From Escherichia coli 042 (GTDB lineage Bacteria; Pseudomonadota; Gammaproteobacteria; Enterobacterales; Enterobacteriaceae), in the NCBI RefSeq assembly GCF_000027125.1, contig NC_017626.1: DNA of 64,000 bases. The stretch is one strand, 5' to 3'. The notes beneath the pieces are model-generated. The model was not told the DNA's origin. It searched no databases and saw only the letters and a program-made list of their open reading frames with translations. Positions 55,603 through 64,000 of the stretch are shown one piece after another. A program made the translations under genes and the position numbers. Position 1 is the first letter of the stretch; each line of letters begins with the position of its first letter.

Positions 55603-56142
55603 ATGACTGAAACGATAAAAGTAAGCGAATCACTTGAATTACATGCTGTTGCAGAAAATCACGTCACACCTCTTTATCAGTTAATCTGTAAAAATAAAAC
55701 CTGGTTACAGCAGTCGCTAAACTGGCCGCAGTTTGTTCAAATTGAAGAGGACACACGAAAAACGGTGCAGGGCAATGTAATGTTGCATCAACGCGGCTAT
55801 GCCAAAATGTTCATGATTTTCAAAGAAGATGAACTTATCGGCGTTATCTCGTTTAATCGTATTGAACCACTGAATAAAACCGCTGAAATCGGCTACTGGC
55901 TGGACGAATCTCATCAGGGGCAGGGGATCATTTCTCAGGCGCTGCAGGCATTGATTCATCATTATGCTCAGTCTGGTGAACTTAGACGCTTCGTGATCAA
56001 ATGTCGGGTGGACAATGCGCAAAGCAACCAGGTCGCTTTGCGCAATGGTTTTATCCTTGAAGGTTGCCTGAAACAGGCTGAGTTTCTGAATGATGCCTAT
56101 GATGATGTGAACTTATACGCGCGTATTATCGATTCACAATAA
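55603..56142 (+). CDS. rimL: ribosomal-protein-L7/L12 serine N-acetyltransferase (GNAT)
   Basis: 179 aa from [13 protein letters not shown]; GNAT fold motifs. Confidence 0.8.
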   Translation: MTETIKVSESLELHAVAENHVTPLYQLICKNKTWLQQSLNWPQFVQIEEDTRKTVQGNVMLHQRGYAKMFMIFKEDELIGVISFNRIEPLNKTAEIGYWLDESHQGQGIISQALQALIHHYAQSGELRRFVIKCRVDNAQSNQVALRNGFILEGCLKQAEFLNDAYDDVNLYARIIDSQ

Positions 56143-57114
56143 CCCTGCCAGCGGCGTTCGCGTAATGCGCTCTTCGCCGTTAATGACTTTTGGACCACGG
56201 ACATGAACCGTGTCGCCATCAAAGGCTTCAACGACGGCGTGGTCGGTTAACTCCACATGGTTTTCAATTATCACCGCACCTGTAATACGGCTCTCACCTT
56301 GTATTACAACGTGCTCGTCGAGCAGAATCGGTCCGCCACGTACCACGGCATTTCCGCCAATCAAGACATGATGTTTTAACACACAATTACCTTCCACAAT
56401 GGCATATTCCGCTACCTGCGAACTGTAATGAATTGTCGGAATGGCATCTTCTTCTATGCCAGCTTTCACCTGCGCGTGACCGTAGACTTTAGCACAATCG
56501 CATAGCCAGACGTTGTTCTCTTCATTACCTTCAACGCTGGCAAAATCAAAAACTTCGGCGCGATGTTCAATAAAAGCATACCGGACGACGGCATCGCCAT
56601 AAATTTGTGCCTGGTGAACAATACGCGAGGCGCTAACCCTTGCGCGATCATAAATTTGTAGCAGGAGTTGATGGTCGGAGGTTAAGCCTTGCGCGGCGAC
56701 GATCATAGAATGTTGATCAATTAAGGCGTGACCAAATATTCTACATTGACCGCAAACTAATGCGTCACGAATGGTGACGCTGTCACTTATATGTGCACCC
56801 TGACTGATTTCACTATTATCGATCCAGACGTTATCCGTTGCGTAAACCTCTCCCCAAAGGACGCTGGTGCCGGTGATACGCGTATTACCGGAAATCACCG
56901 TTCCGCCGAACGCAATAGCATTCTGATCGTAAATCCAGCAATTTCCTTCCTGCGCTAACACCGTTTCGCGATCGATCCAGCCGCCAGCGGTTCCTGCTAT
57001 CACATCGTTAAAATCGCTCATGGCGATAATTTGCCGTAATAACACACTTTTTTTAGTGCCATCATCCTGATAACTAAAGGCTCGCTGTTCTTCACTTAGA
57101 CGATATTTGCGCAT
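56134..57114 (-). CDS. ydcK: hexapeptide-repeat (left-handed beta-helix) protein YdcK
   Basis: 326 aa with many hexapeptide repeats. Confidence 0.75.
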   Translation of the reverse strand: MRKYRLSEEQRAFSYQDDGTKKSVLLRQIIAMSDFNDVIAGTAGGWIDRETVLAQEGNCWIYDQNAIAFGGTVISGNTRITGTSVLWGEVYATDNVWIDNSEISQGAHISDSVTIRDALVCGQCRIFGHALIDQHSMIVAAQGLTSDHQLLLQIYDRARVSASRIVHQAQIYGDAVVRYAFIEHRAEVFDFASVEGNEENNVWLCDCAKVYGHAQVKAGIEEDAIPTIHYSSQVAEYAIVEGNCVLKHHVLIGGNAVVRGGPILLDEHVVIQGESRITGAVIIENHVELTDHAVVEAFDGDTVHVRGPKVINGEERITRTPLAGLL

Positions 57115-57237
57115 AGCGTTTTCCCACAGGTGACTTACTATAACCGTAGCAAATTCTGCGGCTCTGGCTATGCTCGAGAAAATTCCATAAAATGCATTTC
57201 AAATATACTTTATAAATTAAACAAAATGAGTAAGAAG

Positions 57238-58230
57238 ATGCAGAGCGATAAAGTGCTCAATTTGCCGGCAGGCTACTTTGGTATTGTGTTGGGGACGATA
57301 GGGATGGGATTTGCCTGGCGCTATGCCAGCCAGGTTTGGCAGGTCAGCCACTGGTTAGGGGATGGGCTAGTGATTCTGGCGATGATCATCTGGGGATTAT
57401 TGACTAGCGCATTTATTACCCGACTCATACGCTTTCCGCATAGCGTGCTGGCGGAAGTGCGTCATCCAGTGATGAGCAGTTTTGTGAGTTTGTTTCCGGC
57501 AACGACGATGCTGGTGGCGATTGGTTTTGTTCCGTGGTTTCGCCCACTGGCGGTGTGCCTGTTCAGTTTTGGCGTCGTGGTGCAACTGGCTTATGCCGCC
57601 TGGCAAACTGCGGGATTATGGCGCGGATCTCATCCTGAAGAAGCTACCACGCCTGGACTGTATCTGCCGACAGTTGCCAACAACTTTATCAGCGCAATGG
57701 CCTGTGGTGCATTGGGCTACACCGACGCTGGTCTGGTGTTTTTAGGCGCAGGCGTTTTCTCATGGTTAAGCCTGGAACCGGTGATCTTGCAGCGTCTGCG
57801 CAGTTCGGGAGAATTACCCACGGCGCTGCGGACATCACTCGGCATTCAGCTCGCTCCTGCGCTGGTGGCCTGTAGTGCCTGGCTGAGCGTCAACGGCGGC
57901 GAGGGTGACACGCTGGCGAAAATGCTTTTCGGTTATGGGCTGCTGCAACTGCTGTTTATGCTACGTCTGATGCCATGGTATCTCTCCCAGCCATTTAATG
58001 CTTCATTCTGGAGTTTCTCGTTCGGCGTATCTGCACTGGCAACCACCGGTTTGCATCTGGGGAGTGGCAGCGATAATGGATTTTTCCATACGCTGGCGGT
58101 GCCGCTGTTTATCTTTACCAATTTTATAATTGCAATACTGCTCATCCGTACTTTCGCGCTTCTGATGCAGGGGAAATTGTTAATCAGAACCGAGCGCGCC
58201 GTTTTAATGAAAGCTGAGGACAAAGAATGA
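57238..58230 (+). CDS. tehA: tellurite resistance protein TehA (TDT family transporter)
   Basis: 330 aa from [15 protein letters not shown]; ten TMs; overlaps tehB start. Confidence 0.85.
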   Translation: MQSDKVLNLPAGYFGIVLGTIGMGFAWRYASQVWQVSHWLGDGLVILAMIIWGLLTSAFITRLIRFPHSVLAEVRHPVMSSFVSLFPATTMLVAIGFVPWFRPLAVCLFSFGVVVQLAYAAWQTAGLWRGSHPEEATTPGLYLPTVANNFISAMACGALGYTDAGLVFLGAGVFSWLSLEPVILQRLRSSGELPTALRTSLGIQLAPALVACSAWLSVNGGEGDTLAKMLFGYGLLQLLFMLRLMPWYLSQPFNASFWSFSFGVSALATTGLHLGSGSDNGFFHTLAVPLFIFTNFIIAILLIRTFALLMQGKLLIRTERAVLMKAEDKE

Positions 58231-58820
58231 TCATTCGTGACGAAAACTATTTTACTGATAAGTATGAATTAACCCGCACACACTCTGAAGTACTGGAAGC
58301 GGTGAAAGTGGTTAAACCCGGTAAAACGCTGGATCTGGGCTGTGGCAATGGTCGTAATAGTCTTTACCTGGCAGCCAATGGTTATGAAGTTGACGCATGG
58401 GATAAAAATGCCATGAGTATCGCCAACGTCGAGCGTATTAAATCCATTGAAAATCTGGATAATTTACACACCCGGGTCGTTGATCTGAATAACCTTACGT
58501 TTGATGGGCAATACGATTTTATTCTTTCGACTGTGGTGCTGATGTTCCTTGAGGCTAAAACCATCCCAGGGCTGATTGCCAATATGCAACGTTGCACTAA
58601 ACCTGGCGGTTACAACCTGATTGTGGCGGCGATGGATACCGCTGATTATCCATGTACCGTCGGCTTCCCGTTTGCCTTCAAAGAGGGAGAATTACGTCGA
58701 TATTACGAAGGCTGGGAGATGGTGAAATACAATGAAGACGTCGGCGAGCTGCACCGCACCGACGCCAACGGTAATCGTATTAAACTGCGTTTCGCCACGA
58801 TGCTGGCACGTAAAAAATAA
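58227..58820 (+). CDS. tehB: tellurite methyltransferase TehB (SAM-dependent)
   Basis: 197 aa; SAM-binding [11 protein letters not shown]. Confidence 0.85.
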   Translation: MIIRDENYFTDKYELTRTHSEVLEAVKVVKPGKTLDLGCGNGRNSLYLAANGYEVDAWDKNAMSIANVERIKSIENLDNLHTRVVDLNNLTFDGQYDFILSTVVLMFLEAKTIPGLIANMQRCTKPGGYNLIVAAMDTADYPCTVGFPFAFKEGELRRYYEGWEMVKYNEDVGELHRTDANGNRIKLRFATMLARKK

Positions 58821-59122
58821 CCTGGTAAGAACAAGGCGCGTGAAAATTCCCCACGCTGAGATGGTCTACTGTTCTTCTTTTCGGTAAGCATAATTTTTAT
58901 CGAATGGATGTGAAATTAATCACAGTAGTCGAAGTTTTTTAGCAGCTTAACTTACTGAAATTTAACTACTGATGATTGACTTAGCCCCTTTTTCGGCATT
59001 GACTATGTCGTCTGAAAAGGGGCTGAAAAATTTATTTTCACCAACACTTTTTTTGCCACAACACGAAGCGGCGCTTTTTGCTATAACTTAGAAAGTAATA
59101 TAATCATCTCAGGAAACTATTC

Positions 59123-59791
59123 ATGCGTACCACATCAATTGCGAAAGTTGCAGCTTTATGCGGCTTGTTGGCTCTGTCTGGTTGTGCCTCTAAAATCACC
59201 CAGCCAGATAAATATTCTGGTTTTTTAAACAATTACTCTGATTTAAAAGAAACAACCTCAGCAACAGGTAAACCTGTTTTACGTTGGGTAGACCCGAGTT
59301 TTGATCAAAGCAAATATGACAGCATCGTCTGGAACCCAGTCACTTATTATCCGGTACCGAAACCATCTACCCAGGTAGGGCAGAAAGTTCTGGATAAAAT
59401 TTTGAGTTATACCAACACCGAAATGAAAGAAGCGATTGCGCAGCGTAAACCACTGGTTACCACCGCTGGGCCGCGTAGTCTGATTTTCCGTGGGGCCATT
59501 ACCGGTGTTGATACCAGCAAAGAAGGGCTGCAATTCTATGAAGTGGTTCCTGTCGCATTAGTGGTCGCGGGGACGCAAATGGCGACGGGCCACCGTACCA
59601 TGGATACTCGCCTGTATTTTGAAGGTGAGCTGATTGATGCAGCTACTAATAAACCGGTTATCAAAGTCGTTCGTCAGGGCGAAGGTAAAGACCTGAATAA
59701 CGAAAGTACGCCAATGGCTTTCGAAAATATTAAACAAGTTATTGATGACATGGCGACCGATGCCACCATGTTTGACGTTAACAAAAAGTAA
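59123..59791 (+). CDS. ydcL: lipoprotein YdcL
   Basis: 222 aa; lipobox LALSGC. Confidence 0.7.
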   Translation: MRTTSIAKVAALCGLLALSGCASKITQPDKYSGFLNNYSDLKETTSATGKPVLRWVDPSFDQSKYDSIVWNPVTYYPVPKPSTQVGQKVLDKILSYTNTEMKEAIAQRKPLVTTAGPRSLIFRGAITGVDTSKEGLQFYEVVPVALVVAGTQMATGHRTMDTRLYFEGELIDAATNKPVIKVVRQGEGKDLNNESTPMAFENIKQVIDDMATDATMFDVNKK

Positions 59792-59825
59792 TTCCAGCCG
59801 CGCCATCGTAAGATGGCGCTTTTTA

Positions 59826-60998
59826 TTATCGGTTTCTGTGAGCGATTAAATTCAACACCACGTAACAAACGCCTCCGGCAATTAATCCCCAGAACGCAGA
59901 ACCAATCCCGACCAGCGTCAATCCACTTGCCGTTACCAGAAATGCCACCACCGCCGCGTCGCGCTCACGCTCATTATGCAGCGCCTGATACAAACTGCCG
60001 CCAATGGTACTCAACAGCGCCAGACCTGCCAGCATCTGGATCCAACTTACGGGCAGGGCAGCCATCATCCCGGTAATGGCACTACCAAAAAGACCTGCGA
60101 GCAAATAAAAAATGCCTGCAACGGCAGCTGCCAGCCAACGTTGATCTTTATCCGGATGCGCTTCCGGGCTTTGACAAATAGCCGCGGTGATTGCCGCAAT
60201 ACCGACGGAATAAACGCCGAAAGGGGAAAAAACAAGCGCCAGCAATCCAGTAAACACAATCAACGGCGAAACAGGAGCCGAATACCCGGCTGCTTTCATT
60301 GCTGCGATACCTGGAGCGTTTTGCGATGCCATCGTCACCAGAAAAAGGGGGAGTGCAACGCTCAGACTGTGAGCAAACGAAAAATCAGGGGTAATATAAG
60401 TGGGGAGAACGGGTTTAAAGACAACATCATTTGTGACAACGTCACCTTGCGCCATAACGATCACGATCCCAATAATCATCGCGGCAATTACCGCATAGCG
60501 CGGCGCAACGGCCCTGGTTGCCAGCCATACCAGCAACATACTGCCACACAACGTAAATTGACCATCCAGACTGGCAAACGCCTGTAAACCAAAGCGTAAT
60601 AAAATCCCGGCAAGCATTGCTGCCGCAAGCGAGTGCGGAATAATGCGCATCAGACGAGCAAAGAGTCCCGTTATGCCGCAGAGGACTATTAACGCGTTGG
60701 TGACAATAAAAACGCCGATGGCTTCGTTAAGTGTTAGTCCCTGTAATCCGGTGACCAACAAAGCCGCGCCAGGCGTTGACCATGCGGTGAGAACAGGTAC
60801 GCGATACCATAATGTCAGAGTCAGCGTACTGACGCCCATTGCCAGCCCCAGCGCCGTCATCCAGCCAGAGATTTGTGCAGTGGTGGCTCCGGCGACAATC
60901 GCTGCTTGCCAGATTATTGCCGCTGAACTGGCGTAGCCAATTAATACCGCCAGAAACCCCGCCAGTAGCGTGGGTGGAGGAATAGAAAACAGACGCAT
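59826..60998 (-). CDS. ydcO: BenE-family transporter
   Basis: 390 aa from MRLFSIPPPTLLAGF; polytopic membrane protein; longest frame extends to 61259. Confidence 0.75.
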   Translation of the reverse strand: MRLFSIPPPTLLAGFLAVLIGYASSAAIIWQAAIVAGATTAQISGWMTALGLAMGVSTLTLTLWYRVPVLTAWSTPGAALLVTGLQGLTLNEAIGVFIVTNALIVLCGITGLFARLMRIIPHSLAAAMLAGILLRFGLQAFASLDGQFTLCGSMLLVWLATRAVAPRYAVIAAMIIGIVIVMAQGDVVTNDVVFKPVLPTYITPDFSFAHSLSVALPLFLVTMASQNAPGIAAMKAAGYSAPVSPLIVFTGLLALVFSPFGVYSVGIAAITAAICQSPEAHPDKDQRWLAAAVAGIFYLLAGLFGSAITGMMAALPVSWIQMLAGLALLSTIGGSLYQALHNERERDAAVVAFLVTASGLTLVGIGSAFWGLIAGGVCYVVLNLIAHRNR

Positions 60999-61089
60999 AG
61001 TCACCTCGTGCGTTATAGCGTACAGGTACCGTAGCATTTGTCCGTTATAACGCACAAGTGATAAACTTCCGTTTTGCCGGAGGAGTCGC

Positions 61090-61626
61090 ATGGAAAATCT
61101 CGCTCGCTTTTTATCCACCACACTTAAACAACTACGCCAGCAGCGCGGCTGGAGTCTTTCGCGACTGGCCGAAGCGACAGGCGTTTCTAAAGCGATGTTA
61201 GGGCAGATTGAGCGTAATGAGTCCAGCCCGACGGTCGCGACATTATGGAAAATTGCCACCGGGTTGAATGTGCCATTTTCGACATTTATTTCTCCGCCGC
61301 AGTCCGCTACGCCTTCAGTTTATGATCCGCAACAGCAGGCGATGGTGATCACTTCGCTGTTTCCTTATGATCCACAACTCTGCTTTGAACACTTCTCGAT
61401 TCAGATGGCACCTGGTGCAATAAGTGAATCGACGCCCCATGAGAAGGGAGTAATCGAACATGTTGTCGTCATTGATGGGCAACTTGATCTGTGCGTTGAT
61501 GGTGAATGGCAGAGCCTTAATTGTGGAGAAGGCGCTCGATTTGCTGCAGACGTTACGCATGTCTATCGTAATGGTGGGGAGCAAATCGTACATTTTCATT
61601 CCCTCATCCATTACCCACGCAGTTAA
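61090..61626 (+). CDS. ydcN: XRE-family HTH plus cupin transcriptional regulator
   Basis: 178 aa; N-terminal HTH (SLSRLAEATGVSKAMLGQIERNESSP); C-terminal cupin. Confidence 0.75.
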   Translation: MENLARFLSTTLKQLRQQRGWSLSRLAEATGVSKAMLGQIERNESSPTVATLWKIATGLNVPFSTFISPPQSATPSVYDPQQQAMVITSLFPYDPQLCFEHFSIQMAPGAISESTPHEKGVIEHVVVIDGQLDLCVDGEWQSLNCGEGARFAADVTHVYRNGGEQIVHFHSLIHYPRS

Positions 61627-61698
61627 GCGGGAAAACTATTTCGCAACGTCGCGCTTGTGGCTAAAATAGCCGCCATTTTTCAGCTACTGGATAAGAAT

Positions 61699-63660
61699 GT
61701 GACCGTATCTTCTCATCGACTTGAACTGTTAAGCCCGGCACGCGATGCCGCCATTGCCCGCGAAGCTATTTTGCACGGTGCCGATGCTGTTTATATCGGC
61801 GGCCCTGGTTTTGGTGCCCGTCATAATGCCAGTAATAGCCTGAAAGATATTGCCGAACTGGTGCCGTTTGCCCATCGTTATGGTGCAAAAATTTTCGTCA
61901 CGCTTAACACCATTTTGCATGATGATGAGCTGGAACCTGCGCAACGGCTGATTACCGACCTCTACCAGACCGGCGTCGATGCGCTGATTGTTCAGGATAT
62001 GGGGATTCTGGAACTTGATATTCCGCCGATTGAACTGCACGCCAGTACGCAGTGCGATATTCGCACAGTAGAAAAAGCGAAGTTCCTCTCTGATGTTGGC
62101 TTTACGCAGATTGTGCTGGCGCGAGAGCTGAATCTTGAGCAGATCCGCGCGATTCACCAGGCCACGGACGCGACCATTGAATTCTTTATTCATGGTGCAT
62201 TGTGCGTGGCCTATTCTGGTCAGTGCTACATTTCTCATGCGCAAACAGGGCGTAGCGCCAACCGTGGCGATTGCTCGCAGGCATGCCGTTTGCCATACAC
62301 ATTGAAAGACGATCAGGGGCGGGTGGTTTCTTATGAAAAACATCTGCTGTCGATGAAAGATAACGATCAGACTGCCAACCTTGGCGCGCTGATTGATGCT
62401 GGCGTGCGCTCCTTCAAGATTGAAGGGCGTTACAAAGATATGAGCTACGTGAAGAATATCACCGCGCATTATCGCCAAATGCTGGATGCCATTATTGAAG
62501 AACGTGGCGATCTGGCGCGTGCTTCATCAGGTCGTACTGAACATTTCTTTGTTCCATCGACGGAAAAGACTTTCCACCGTGGTAGCACAGATTATTTTGT
62601 GAATGCCCGTAAAGGGGATATCGGCGCGTTCGATTCGCCGAAATTTATCGGCCTGCCGGTGGGTGAAGTATTGAAAGTGGCGAAAGATCATCTTGATGTT
62701 GCCGTCACCGAGCCACTGGCAAATGGCGATGGCCTGAACGTGATGATTAAACGTGAAGTAGTCGGTTTTCGTGCCAATACGGTAGAAAAAACCGGAGAAA
62801 ATCAGTACCGCGTCTGGCCAAATGAGATGCCTGCGGATTTGCATAAAATTCGTCCGCATCATCCGCTTAATCGTAATCTGGACCATAACTGGCAGCAGGC
62901 GTTGACCAAAACATCCAGCGAACGTCGCGTAGCGGTAGACATTGAACTGGGCGGATGGCAGGAACAACTGATTCTGACCCTGACCAGTGAAGAGGGCGTC
63001 AGCGTCACGCATACGCTGGATGGACAATTCGACGAAGCTAATAACGCCGAAAAAGCGCTTAATAACCTGAAAGATGGTCTGGCTAAGCTGGGGCAAACCA
63101 TCTATTACGCCCGCGATGTGCAAATTAACCTGCCTGGTGCGCTGTTTGTACCGAACAGTCTGTTAAATCAGTTCCGCCGTGAGGCCGCCGAAATGCTGGA
63201 TGCTGCGCGTCTTGCCAGTTATCAGCGCGGCAGTCGTAAACCGGTTGCTGATCCTGCGCCGGTTTATCCGCAAACGCATCTGAGTTTCCTCGCGAACGTT
63301 TACAACCAGAAAGCGCGTGAATTTTATCATCGCTATGGTGTGCAGCTGATTGACGCGGCGTATGAGGCACATGAAGAGAAGGGCGAAGTCCCGGTGATGA
63401 TCACCAAGCATTGTCTGCGCTTTGCCTTTAATCTGTGCCCGAAACAGGCGAAAGGCAATATCAAAAGCTGGAAGGCGACGCCAATGCAACTGGTTAATGG
63501 CGATGAAGTGTTAACGCTGAAATTTGATTGCCGTCCGTGTGAGATGCACGTCATCGGCAAAATTAAAAATCACATTCTGAAAATGCCGTTACCGGGAAGC
63601 GTAGTGGCATTCGTAAGTCCGGATGATCTGCTGAAAACATTGCCGAAGCGAAAAGGGTAA
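61699..63660 (+). CDS. ydcP: peptidase U32-family protein (YdcP/RlhA)
   Basis: 653 aa from the GTG at 61699 (longest frame from 61657); U32 family motifs. Confidence 0.8.
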   Translation: MTVSSHRLELLSPARDAAIAREAILHGADAVYIGGPGFGARHNASNSLKDIAELVPFAHRYGAKIFVTLNTILHDDELEPAQRLITDLYQTGVDALIVQDMGILELDIPPIELHASTQCDIRTVEKAKFLSDVGFTQIVLARELNLEQIRAIHQATDATIEFFIHGALCVAYSGQCYISHAQTGRSANRGDCSQACRLPYTLKDDQGRVVSYEKHLLSMKDNDQTANLGALIDAGVRSFKIEGRYKDMSYVKNITAHYRQMLDAIIEERGDLARASSGRTEHFFVPSTEKTFHRGSTDYFVNARKGDIGAFDSPKFIGLPVGEVLKVAKDHLDVAVTEPLANGDGLNVMIKREVVGFRANTVEKTGENQYRVWPNEMPADLHKIRPHHPLNRNLDHNWQQALTKTSSERRVAVDIELGGWQEQLILTLTSEEGVSVTHTLDGQFDEANNAEKALNNLKDGLAKLGQTIYYARDVQINLPGALFVPNSLLNQFRREAAEMLDAARLASYQRGSRKPVADPAPVYPQTHLSFLANVYNQKAREFYHRYGVQLIDAAYEAHEEKGEVPVMITKHCLRFAFNLCPKQAKGNIKSWKATPMQLVNGDEVLTLKFDCRPCEMHVIGKIKNHILKMPLPGSVVAFVSPDDLLKTLPKRKG

Positions 63661-63729
63661 AACGCCAGTTTTCTGGTTACTCACAACTTATCAAATCTGC
63701 ATGATATTGTTGGCCGGGTAAGGCGTTAC

Positions 63730-64000
<271 letters not shown>

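Overview
This window reads as an Escherichia/Shigella-type chromosome: the distal half of a lambda-like prophage tail module, a sitABCD metal-uptake operon apparently carried as prophage cargo, then ~48 kb of core chromosome in E. coli K-12 gene order with several strain-specific lesions. All calls rest on reading the sequence and the ORF track plus recalled protein families and K-12 synteny; no searches were run, and GC statements are by eye. (1) nt 1-12,000: tape measure C-terminus, M, L, K, I, J, lom, an Stf-like side tail fibre with a 189-bp tandem repeat, a second fibre with a C-terminal self-cleaving chaperone domain, and small unassigned ORFs. (2) nt 12,324-15,773, opposite strand: sitDCBA with MntR-type and Fur-type operators upstream of sitA. 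(3) nt 16,359-63,660: uspF, ompN, micC, ydbK, ydbJ, hslJ, ldhA, ydbH, ynbE, ydbL, paaY, ydbC, ydbD, ynbA-D, azoR, hrpA, ydcF, aldA, gapC, cybB, rydC, ydcA, hokB, trg, ydcI, ydcJ, opgD, ydcH, rimL, ydcK, tehAB, ydcL, ydcO, ydcN, ydcP. Lesions: a feaR-to-paaX deletion scar, IS1 inside ynbB with a 9-bp target duplication, a premature amber stop in ydcF, and a partial IS3-family element at the right edge. The best candidate for something undescribed is an AT-rich ~1.6 kb insertion of three to four small same-strand ORFs between hrpA and ydcF; its function is unknown. The IS load, pseudogenes and sit operon suggest a Shigella-like or pathogenic E. coli genome.
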